A stretch of DNA of 33,894 bases from a virus (taxonomy: Duplodnaviria > Caudoviricetes): IMG/VR virus record IMGVR_UViG_3300016649_000134, positions 1 to 33,894 of that record; one strand, 5' to 3'. The notes beneath the pieces are model-generated. The model saw only the letters and a program-made list of their open reading frames with translations. It was not told the origin of the DNA and did not search any database. A program made the position numbers and the translations under genes. Shown in pieces: positions 1-7,417 of this stretch. Position 1 is the stretch's first letter. Each line of letters begins with the position of its first letter.

Positions 1-21
1 CGCAGCGGCACCTCTGCGGCC
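1..21. repeat. Terminal direct repeat (left copy); contig circularisation overlap
   Basis: cgcagcggcacctctgcggcc at 1-21 is identical to 33874-33894. Confidence 0.95.
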
Positions 22-315
22 CGAATCTGCGGCCTGTTCCGACCGCCTCAAAGCGTCGGCGCGCTCCTTCTCCAGCCGTCGATGGACGAGTCCCGCCGGG
101 GTAGGTGTGAACCGTGCGCGGATGACCGCCCAATCCCCGTCCGACAGGTCGCAACGGGTCATGCGCGAACATGTTTCCCGGTCATCCGGCACCGCTGCAT
201 TTGTCCATGCGTACAGAAGCAACTGCGTGTACGCCCAGCCCTGCACGGGCGACATCATCGCCGTGCTGGTCAGGAAGTCGGTCGGGTACATGGGAAACCA
301 TTGGGGCTGTGCCAT
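1..315 (-). CDS. 5' part of DUF1376/YdaU-like replication initiator (continues across the join into 33873..33313; ~291 aa total)
   Basis: Not in the ORF track. Manual translation from ATG at 315 (GGAG upstream): MAQPQWFPMYPTDFLTSTAMMSPVQGWAYTQLLLYAWTNAAVPDDRETCSRM...LVHRRLEKER...SGRRGAAA, which fits the DUF1376 pattern. The 105 codons end exactly at base 1 and stay in frame with the 33313..33822 ORF. Confidence 0.8.
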   Translation of the reverse strand, partial: MAQPQWFPMYPTDFLTSTAMMSPVQGWAYTQLLLYAWTNAAVPDDRETCSRMTRCDLSDGDWAVIRARFTPTPAGLVHRRLEKERADALRRSEQAADSGRRGAAA

Positions 316-440
316 CCGTGACGCTCCAAAGCACCGGGGCGGGGGCGGGGAGCAGCGTGGCGAAGCAACCCACGCCCCGCGCCCGGTTAGCCGTAATGTC
401 GAGCAACTGCCACGCTGCTCATCCCGCCGAACGGCAGGAC
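316..440 (-). promoter_or_regulatory. Structured 5' leader of the replication gene
   Basis: Hairpin UCCUGCCG/CGGCGGGA, a 12-bp stem GAGCAGCGUGGC/GCCACGCUGCUC and an interleaved ACCGGGCGCGGGGCG/CGCCCCCGCCCCGGU pairing just before the SD. Confidence 0.5.
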
Positions 441-446
441 ACGCGC

Positions 447-475
447 AGCATATCACGCCTTGCCAGCCCGCGCAA
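447..475 (-). promoter_or_regulatory. Putative sigma70 promoter for the replication operon
   Basis: TTGCGC-N17-TATGCT on the minus strand. Confidence 0.55.
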
Positions 476-480
476 GCCGT

Positions 481-721
481 GTGCAAATTAGGGCCGCTGC
501 CCCTGTCGGTACACGTTTCTACACCCCCGTACGCCGTTTCCGGAGTCCCGGCGTTCGTGTAAGTGGACAGCACGGGCACCCTTCGGATGCCCGCCTGTCC
601 CGGCGGCAGGTTCCCTTACCCCAACGGGTGCGCTGCTGGGGGGCGTACCTTGCGGCCTTCTGCCCCAGCCCGTGTGGGAGTCGCGTGCGCTAGCCATGAC
701 GCTTGACCCACATCGCCGCAC
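481..721 (-). ncRNA. Candidate structured non-coding RNA (~240 nt)
   Basis: Intergenic; several stems with G-U pairs on the minus strand, GCAA and GAAA tetraloop hairpins, and complementary ends (GUGCGG...UUGCAC). Confidence 0.4.
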
Positions 722-786
722 CTCAATGGTACGAAGGTGCTACAAAAGTTCCTATCTGTAGCAAAATCGTTTCCTTACCACCCCGG

Positions 787-1092
787 CTAGGAATCGTTCG
801 TTTCTTTCGTGCGCCTGTATCCGATGCGCCACAACAGCCGCGCCAACTCCGCGCTGGACGCTGCAACCTCCGCTTCAGATTTGTCCGGCCATATCGCGTG
901 CATGGCTTCGTGGACCCACGTATCCAGTTCGTCGGGTTCGTTTTGCCATGTCGCCACCCGGATGATGCGCTTTACCGTGCCGTCTTTGCGATGCGTGATT
1001 TCGCATTGCCCAAAGTCATTCAGGTTGCCGCTCTCGCGGATCGTGAACCACCGTTTGCCGAGCCTCACGCGCATGGGCTTGCGATGCGGCAT
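787..1092 (-). CDS. Small HExxH zinc metallopeptidase-like protein
   Basis: DTWVHEAMHA motif preceded by FGQC...IRV strands; starts 3 nt after the upstream gene. Confidence 0.65.
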   Translation of the reverse strand: MPHRKPMRVRLGKRWFTIRESGNLNDFGQCEITHRKDGTVKRIIRVATWQNEPDELDTWVHEAMHAIWPDKSEAEVAASSAELARLLWRIGYRRTKETNDS

Positions 1093-1095
1093 GGT

Positions 1096-1998
1096 TCAGG
1101 CCATCGTGAATTGCGGCACCAGCGCGTAGCGCGTTCGCCCTTCCTTGCTGTGCTTCTCCAAGTGCAGCCGCATCCAAACGCCGCCACCCGATTCGGCGGG
1201 CGGCATCCCCTTCTCCGTTTCCCAGCCCCGGTAGTTGTCGCCGTAGGAGTCCTTGTACGAACCTGTGCAAATATGCCATTGATAGTCCTGCTCAATCCGC
1301 ACGCCTGCGCGGTCGCTCACGATGCGTTCCCGCCGGATCGGTAGCACCCAACGCTTATGGATATGCCCGCTGCACATCACATCCGCGTCAGGGACAACGG
1401 CGGCATTCCGGCGCACGTTCAGGGTGCCGTGCGACATCAACGGCGCACCGCCCGAACCGTGGTGGTACTTCAGGTTGAGCGTGTACCGCTCGTTGTGAAC
1501 CTTTACCATGAAGCGCACCCATCCGCCGTAGCCGCCGCTGAACACGCGATGCCCGCTCAACGCGCTCATGCGCTCGCATACCCGGTCGGTGTAGTCCGTG
1601 TCGCAATTGCGAAGGACCGATTCTTCGTGGTTGCCCCTGCCAATGACTACGAAGTGCCGCGCATACGGCGCGTAGAACTCGCTGGCGTGCTTCACCACGG
1701 AGTCAAAGTAATCCGGCGCATCTTGATCTTCTTCATGCACACCTTTGCGAGCGCGCCGAGGATCGTGTCTGCCCTGCATCAAACAGGCCATATCCCCAAA
1801 ATCCAGCACACCTGCCTTGCGCTTTACCGCCTCGTCCAAGTGCTTGCGCTCTAGGTCGCGGTCGCACTTCGGGTTGTCGTGGTGCCTGTCGCTCGTCAGT
1901 AGGAAGTCCCAATGCGCCGTGCGCGTGTCCGTCCGCATTTCGACCGTGTGAATGTTGCGGGCGTTCTGCGTGACGGTAAACGGGAGCATCGGCGGCAC
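1096..1998 (-). CDS. Calcineurin-like metallophosphoesterase
   Basis: Ordered motifs SDRH, FGD, GNHE, HHG, GHIH. Confidence 0.85.
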   Translation of the reverse strand: MPPMLPFTVTQNARNIHTVEMRTDTRTAHWDFLLTSDRHHDNPKCDRDLERKHLDEAVKRKAGVLDFGDMACLMQGRHDPRRARKGVHEEDQDAPDYFDSVVKHASEFYAPYARHFVVIGRGNHEESVLRNCDTDYTDRVCERMSALSGHRVFSGGYGGWVRFMVKVHNERYTLNLKYHHGSGGAPLMSHGTLNVRRNAAVVPDADVMCSGHIHKRWVLPIRRERIVSDRAGVRIEQDYQWHICTGSYKDSYGDNYRGWETEKGMPPAESGGGVWMRLHLEKHSKEGRTRYALVPQFTMA

Positions 1999-2001
1999 AG
2001 G

Positions 2002-2382
2002 TCATCCCTCCGGTGGAGTCTTGAATGGCACCAGTTTGTTCAGGGCTTCGCGCCGCTTCTTGCATCCTCCGCATTCCTTGATGCCAAGCGTCTTGGTCAC
2101 TTTGGCGACCGCATCGCCCAGCCCGCGCATCGGCTCCGACGCAGGGGCGGCGGGTTCCGCTGGCTTCGGCGCAGCCCGTTGCAAACTTGGGACAGACATC
2201 GACACCATGACCAGCGGGGGATGGTGATAGTCCCCGTTGCGTGACTCGCGCTTGTCGCAGGTTGCACACCCCTTGATGTCCAGCCCCAGCAGACAACGTG
2301 GCTCATAGTTCTGCACTTGGCATGACTTGCAGTCAGGCACTTCGTACTCGCGCGACCCGAAACGGAGTTTAAGCGTGTTCAT
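2002..2382 (-). CDS. CxxC-rich hypothetical protein with GLGD...CGGC motif
   Basis: CKSC, CATC and GLGDAVAKVTKTLGIKECGGCKKRREALN; ATGA overlap with the upstream Cys-rich gene. Confidence 0.75.
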   Translation of the reverse strand: MNTLKLRFGSREYEVPDCKSCQVQNYEPRCLLGLDIKGCATCDKRESRNGDYHHPPLVMVSMSVPSLQRAAPKPAEPAAPASEPMRGLGDAVAKVTKTLGIKECGGCKKRREALNKLVPFKTPPEG

Positions 2383-4232
2383 TGCAGTTGGATCGTTGTC
2401 GCGCTAGTTTCGCAGAACGTCTTGGGGTCGTAATACACCTCTTGGCACAGTTCCGGGCATTCATTCGGCGGAATGCTGTTGCATTCCTCACAGGAGAACG
2501 TCGGGAACTTCAAGGGGTACACGCGGCAGTTCGCGGACGGCGAACACAGGTTGCAAATGCTCTCATACCCGTACACCAGCACAACCCACGTTCCGCTAAT
2601 TGGGTCGAATACCTCAATATCCTCAAGCGGCCACACGGCTCCCGGCGACCACGGAATCTCCTCGCACTCCGGGTATTCCTCTTCCGGCAACCCGTCGCCC
2701 CGGCAATACAACCCCACCGTGCCCTCTTGCGACACGGGGAGCATGGAGTAGCGAGCGTTGCAGGAGTATTCCGCTGGTGACAGGCATTCCGCGCTGATAG
2801 CGACGTTCACCACGTTTTTGATGACTTGGCGCGGTGTGAAGTCTTGGCAGACACACGCCCGGTAGCGCACGCTTCTGCCGACCAGCCATACGAACACCTG
2901 CTGGCTCGCAACGTCAATCACGGCACGATCTACCTCTAGCCTGTCGCCTGCGGAGAATGGTGGACGCTGGTTGGGACCACCGCCGCAGTCGTTGCAGGAC
3001 TGCCTGTTGGCGAACCAAAAGCACTCTGCCCCGAAGCCCTGTCCCTGCGCCGTGATGAATGGGGCCAGCCTATCGTTGATTCGCTGCGCAACGTGGCCGG
3101 GGTTGCCGCTGAACACGATGGCGCGATAGTCGCACACATCGACGCACGTTGCCGGAAGCACGCCCCATCCGGTGTTGACCGTGCAGGGAATCGGGTCGTT
3201 CCAGTTCGTGACGTTAACCAACGCCAAGTAGAACTGGCGCACCGCCTCCTGCTCTACGGGATCGCTGGAGAACGGATCAAGTTTAGCGTTCTCTGCCATG
3301 CAAAACGGGAAGCGGATGACTAGCGCATCTCGTACGTCATCAACGCATCCGCTTACCCCGCCCGTGACCAGCGAGTAGTACGTAAACAGGTCATACGACA
3401 ACAGCGGGTTTTCGTAGTTGTCACAAATGAACGGATCATCTTCGCAGATGTCTCCGGGCAAGCAGCAGTAACCCAATACCGCTGGGCAGTCCGGGCATTC
3501 AGCAATGACTACTTCCGACTGAAAGTAAACGCCTGTTTGCACGCCCGGAATCAAGGTCTGCTGCACCTGCGACATATCCGGAATGCAGATACCCACTCGC
3601 TGATTGGCGGCTTTGGTAACAGGTGCGTAGGTTTGAAGTGGGAAGTCCCGGTCGCAACACACACAATCCCGACCACTAAAGCCCGGATTGAATTGCAATC
3701 CCCACTTGATATAGCACGCCGTGAGCGTGCTTGTTACCGCAGGGCCATCACACCCAGCAGCATTCGTACCGAACTGGTCGCAAAACTGATAGCACTCCGC
3801 GATGACATCTTCACAGATATTGGGCGGGATTTCGATTGGCGGCGGATCTTCGACTACCAAATCCTCAATGCCACCCGGCGGCACCTGCTCTTGTTCTTTG
3901 GGAATGCAGCACGGTACGGCACCCTTGTCCCGAATCTCAAGCAATGTTCCGACGTTGAGTGGATACACGCCCGATCCCGGCGGACACGGAAACGCTAGCG
4001 TGCCTTTGACTTCATACACGCAGTTGAGATAGGTAACGAAGTAGCACTTGGTTGGGTCTAACGGAACAGGGATTCCGATAAACGTCAAATAGGATTCGCA
4101 GAACTCAATGCGTTCCGGGCCGCTGCAACACACAAGGTCGCAGCAATAGTCAGCCGTATACGCCTCGCAATAATCGGCGTAGTACGTCACCCCGGTTTCG
4201 CAGCAACACGAATATGCCGTGATCGCGCTCAC
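2379..4232 (-). CDS. Large acidic cysteine-rich protein (~617 aa), possibly virion-associated
   Basis: About 50 Cys by manual count. Likely GTG start at 4232 overlapping the TGA of the 37-aa upstream gene; the ORF-track start at 4313 overlaps that gene. Confidence 0.8.
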   Translation of the reverse strand: MSAITAYSCCCETGVTYYADYCEAYTADYCCDLVCCSGPERIEFCESYLTFIGIPVPLDPTKCYFVTYLNCVYEVKGTLAFPCPPGSGVYPLNVGTLLEIRDKGAVPCCIPKEQEQVPPGGIEDLVVEDPPPIEIPPNICEDVIAECYQFCDQFGTNAAGCDGPAVTSTLTACYIKWGLQFNPGFSGRDCVCCDRDFPLQTYAPVTKAANQRVGICIPDMSQVQQTLIPGVQTGVYFQSEVVIAECPDCPAVLGYCCLPGDICEDDPFICDNYENPLLSYDLFTYYSLVTGGVSGCVDDVRDALVIRFPFCMAENAKLDPFSSDPVEQEAVRQFYLALVNVTNWNDPIPCTVNTGWGVLPATCVDVCDYRAIVFSGNPGHVAQRINDRLAPFITAQGQGFGAECFWFANRQSCNDCGGGPNQRPPFSAGDRLEVDRAVIDVASQQVFVWLVGRSVRYRACVCQDFTPRQVIKNVVNVAISAECLSPAEYSCNARYSMLPVSQEGTVGLYCRGDGLPEEEYPECEEIPWSPGAVWPLEDIEVFDPISGTWVVLVYGYESICNLCSPSANCRVYPLKFPTFSCEECNSIPPNECPELCQEVYYDPKTFCETSATTIQLQ

Positions 4233-4342
4233 AGGGTAAAACGCTTGCCGTACTTGCCCTTGACGAACCAGCCAAGCCCGAAGCCAACAACCACGCACAG
4301 GGCCGACCACCAAAGCGTTCCGAGAGCGTCAGCGAGAATCAT
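4229..4342 (-). CDS. 37-aa single-TM membrane protein (holin/antiholin-like)
   Basis: Below the ORF-track cutoff: MILADALGTLWWSALCVVVGFGLGWFVKGKYGKRFTL; AAGGAG SD; stop coupled to the next start. Confidence 0.75.
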   Translation of the reverse strand: MILADALGTLWWSALCVVVGFGLGWFVKGKYGKRFTL

Positions 4343-4823
4343 TCTTTCTCCTTGTTTGAGCCTTGCGATATGCGGCATCGAACTCCGGGTCCTGTGCCCG
4401 TAATGCCGCTACAAACTCCCGATCCCCTTCGGGTCGGTCAGGGTCAAGCATATCGACCGCCAGTTCAGCCTGCGACACTTTCCGGCGGGGAAGCCACCCA
4501 ACCGCCACGCGGATGGCCTGCCCGATACCCGTCTGCCACAGGAACACGATGATGGCAAGCACCAACGAACAGCCCGCCACCCATGCAATGATTTGCCCCC
4601 ACCACGGCGTGACGTTCTGCGTGCTAGGAAGCACCGCATGAATGTTTGCCGCCAGCGCGTCGATACGAGTTGCCGATTCAATCACCACAGGGTCGCCTGT
4701 CTCGTTGCCGTGGAGCAGAAGCAACCGCGCTTCCGTCCGGATGTCGTTTGCGCTTCCTGCGATGTTCTGCGTAGCCCCGCACCCGGACAACACGGCGGCG
4801 CATAGCACCGCCGCCAGCCTCAC
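4329..4823 (-). CDS. Lipoprotein with internal TM helix (spanin-like)
   Basis: Signal and lipobox AVLSG-C; hydrophobic WWGQIIAWVAGCSLVLAIIVFLW segment; lies among membrane genes after the tail fibre. Confidence 0.6.
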   Translation of the reverse strand: MRLAAVLCAAVLSGCGATQNIAGSANDIRTEARLLLLHGNETGDPVVIESATRIDALAANIHAVLPSTQNVTPWWGQIIAWVAGCSLVLAIIVFLWQTGIGQAIRVAVGWLPRRKVSQAELAVDMLDPDRPEGDREFVAALRAQDPEFDAAYRKAQTRRKNDSR

Positions 4824-5080
4824 CGGGGCTGCTCCATGCGCTCCAACCGCTTCTCCACCTGCGATACGCGCTCGCCAATCACGCGAATCTGCGCGTTCGC
4901 GTCGGCGTTGCGCTCCTTCATCACGCTGATATCGGCGGCAATGCTAGTCAGCAGTCTGCTTTGCGTTTCGTCTTGCTCGCTGCGGCGACCGATATAGACC
5001 AATGATCCGAACAGCAGCAATGCAGTTGCCGCCAACTGGAGCCGTTCAAGGATGATCCGCGTCTGCGTCTGTTCCGACAT
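4820..5080 (-). CDS. TM plus coiled-coil protein (holin- or i-spanin-like)
   Basis: LAATALLLFGSLVYI TM helix followed by a heptad-rich C-terminus. Confidence 0.6.
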   Translation of the reverse strand: MSEQTQTRIILERLQLAATALLLFGSLVYIGRRSEQDETQSRLLTSIAADISVMKERNADANAQIRVIGERVSQVEKRLERMEQPR

Positions 5081-5089
5081 GACGTAATC

Positions 5090-7081
5090 CTACGAATAGC
5101 CAATCACGAACACAATCCCATTTCCACCCGCGCCACCATTCCCCGTTGCGACGGACGCACCTCCGCTCCCGCCACCGCCCGCGCCGATACCGCCGTTCCC
5201 GCCGTTCACGGACGTACCAAGCACGCCGTGCGAACCACCGCCGCCGGACCCCCAAAGTGCCCCGGTATTGCTGCCGTTCCCGCCGCCCGCCGTGCCTGCC
5301 GTCCCGATGCTGCAACGTCGCCCGCCTGCTGCGCCGAGATGGGGAGTGCTGCCGTTCAAGCCGCCGCCACCGCCACCACCGGGTGCGCCCGTGGAATTGC
5401 CAGCCGTAACCGCGTTGGCATTCGTGCTGCCTGCTCCACCCGCACCGCCGGGGTGCAGACTGTCGCCCGCCGTGCCTGCGGCCCCACCCGATCCCGCACT
5501 TCCCGTTCCTGCCCCGCCCGCCGTTCCTCCTGCCGCGAAGCAGTAGTTCACCCCGCCACTCACCACCGTTGATGCTGTGCCCGCCGTGCCGGGGTTGCCG
5601 TTCGCAACGGCGGTCACGCCAGCCCCGCCTGTGCCGCCAGTCCCGACCGTGACCGTGAACGACACCGGAAGGTCGCTGGTGCGATATTCAACGATGCTCA
5701 CCCCACCACCGCCGCCGCCACCACCGCCACCGCGTACGCCCGTGTTATGTGCGTGCCCGCTGCCACCGCCCCCACCGCCACCGACACACAGAAATGCGGT
5801 CATCACGCTGATCGGTCGTGCCACCGTGTACGCCCCCGGCGTGCTGTAGACCCCCACCGTGCTTACGTTCGACGCGGACAGCGTGGTGCCGCTCATCGAC
5901 AGGCCGGAGCCAAGCACGATTTCCTGCACGTTGCCGCCGCCCGCGCTGCTGCTTCCAAGCAACCGGGATGCCGTACTCACCGCCTGCATCTTCGCGTACG
6001 TGACGGCATTCGCTGCCACCGTAGGGTTGGGATACGTTCCCGTCAGGTCGCCACCCGCCGCCCCGGTCGGGGTGCGAGCGTCCGACAGGCGGGGATCGTT
6101 GCCCACGCACGCCTGCCCCGCTGCCGTGCCGTAGACCACGTTCAGGGTCCGGTCTGCCGACAAGTCGCCGCCGCCAGTCAACCCCGTTCCGGCAATCACC
6201 TGCCGCGTCGTGTCCACCTTTCCCGATAGGGTTGTCGAAAGATTCGACACTTGCGAGATGGCAACCGTTACCGGGTCGCTCCCTGCCACGCCATGCGTGC
6301 TGGCGTGCGCCGTAGGGGTGCGTGCGTTCGACAGCCGCGCATCGTTGCCAACGCACGCATCCACGCCGCTGGTGCCGTACACCACCGAAAGCGTCCTGTT
6401 GGCCGACAGGTCGCCGCCGCCCGAAAGCCCGGTTCCCGCCGTGATGGTGCGCGTGATCGGCACACGCGCCGCAAGGTCCGTGGTCAGGTTCGCTACCTGC
6501 GCTTGCGACAGTCCGCCCGCCGGAATGGGATCGCTACCCGCGCTTCCATGCGTGCTTCCGTGTGCAGTCGGGGTACGCGCATCCGACAGACGCGCATCGT
6601 TGCCCACGCACACTTGAAACCCGGTCGTGCCGAAGTTGACATCTATCGTGCGATTCGCAGTCAGATTTCCGCCGCCAATCAATCCCGTACCTGCGTCAAT
6701 TCTTCGCGTTGCCAATGCGCGTGCCGCAAGGTCCGTGGTCAGATTGAACACCTGTGATTGCGCCAGCCCGCCCGCAGGAATCGGGTCCGTCCCACCCACG
6801 CCGTGCGTCGTAGCATGATTCGTCGGCGTGCGTGCGTTGGACAGACGGCTATCTGTCGCTCGCGGAATCTGATTGGCCGTGCCACCCCCGTCCGGGGCAA
6901 AGTCCGCTGCCACCGTGCCGGAAGTCGTAATGGTTCCGCCCGTCAGCCCCGTTCCGGCAATGATGGTCGATACCGCCCCTACGCTCAACACTACCGATGG
7001 GCTTGTAACAGCAAGCGCAACGCCCGTGGCCGAAACGGTTACGGCTACGCCGCTGTTCACCACGGTAATTTCTGCGCTCAC
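5090..7081 (-). CDS. Tail fibre with ~85-aa internal repeats and Gly-rich C-terminal domain
   Basis: Repeats of AGTGLxGGG(D/N)LxAxRT...CVGNDxRLSxARTPT; poly-Gly tip domain; GTG start at 7081 overlaps the upstream TGA. Confidence 0.8.
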   Translation of the reverse strand: MSAEITVVNSGVAVTVSATGVALAVTSPSVVLSVGAVSTIIAGTGLTGGTITTSGTVAADFAPDGGGTANQIPRATDSRLSNARTPTNHATTHGVGGTDPIPAGGLAQSQVFNLTTDLAARALATRRIDAGTGLIGGGNLTANRTIDVNFGTTGFQVCVGNDARLSDARTPTAHGSTHGSAGSDPIPAGGLSQAQVANLTTDLAARVPITRTITAGTGLSGGGDLSANRTLSVVYGTSGVDACVGNDARLSNARTPTAHASTHGVAGSDPVTVAISQVSNLSTTLSGKVDTTRQVIAGTGLTGGGDLSADRTLNVVYGTAAGQACVGNDPRLSDARTPTGAAGGDLTGTYPNPTVAANAVTYAKMQAVSTASRLLGSSSAGGGNVQEIVLGSGLSMSGTTLSASNVSTVGVYSTPGAYTVARPISVMTAFLCVGGGGGGGSGHAHNTGVRGGGGGGGGGGVSIVEYRTSDLPVSFTVTVGTGGTGGAGVTAVANGNPGTAGTASTVVSGGVNYCFAAGGTAGGAGTGSAGSGGAAGTAGDSLHPGGAGGAGSTNANAVTAGNSTGAPGGGGGGGLNGSTPHLGAAGGRRCSIGTAGTAGGGNGSNTGALWGSGGGGSHGVLGTSVNGGNGGIGAGGGGSGGASVATGNGGAGGNGIVFVIGYS
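6050..6965 (-). repeat. Four degenerate ~250-bp coding repeats in the fibre shaft
   Basis: RLS(N/D)ARTPT occurs four times at ~82-86 aa spacing; boundaries approximate. Confidence 0.8.
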
Positions 7082-7416
7082 GTTCCCACCTTCGGGTTGA
7101 CCTGCGCTTCGCCGTTCTCGTAGTACCGCCGAACAACGCCGCCAGTCCAATCCACCTCAAAGTCGAACCGCGCATTCCCAATAGGGAACGTCGCCGTGGT
7201 TGCAGCCGGAACGCGCAGGATCTTGACTCCCGTGGTCGGGGGAGTCGCATCAACAATCATCCCATTTGCAATCGTCGCCGTGAGGAACGCCGTTGCATTC
7301 GGTTGCGCCACTCGCACCCGCCATTCTGTTGCCGACGCAATATCCGTCACGCCCGTAAGCGTGATGCGCTGCTCATACGTTGCGCCCTTTAGGAACACCA
7401 GTTGCCACTTGTCCAT
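7078..7416 (-). CDS. Small tail/baseplate fibre-attachment protein (BppU N-terminal-like)
   Basis: MDKWQLVFLKGATYEQRITL...ARFDFEVDWTGGVVRRYYENG pattern; GGAG SD before ATG 7416; immediately upstream of the fibre. Confidence 0.6.
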   Translation of the reverse strand: MDKWQLVFLKGATYEQRITLTGVTDIASATEWRVRVAQPNATAFLTATIANGMIVDATPPTTGVKILRVPAATTATFPIGNARFDFEVDWTGGVVRRYYENGEAQVNPKVGT

Positions 7417-7417
7417 G

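Noticed and set aside
1-21. Biological terminal repeat or att site
   Set aside because: It falls mid-gene and its 21-nt length fits an assembly overlap; no integrase is present
488-721. 77-aa minus-strand ORF
   Set aside because: No SD and low-complexity Arg/Gly/Pro composition; better explained as structured RNA, though a leaderless peptide cannot be fully excluded
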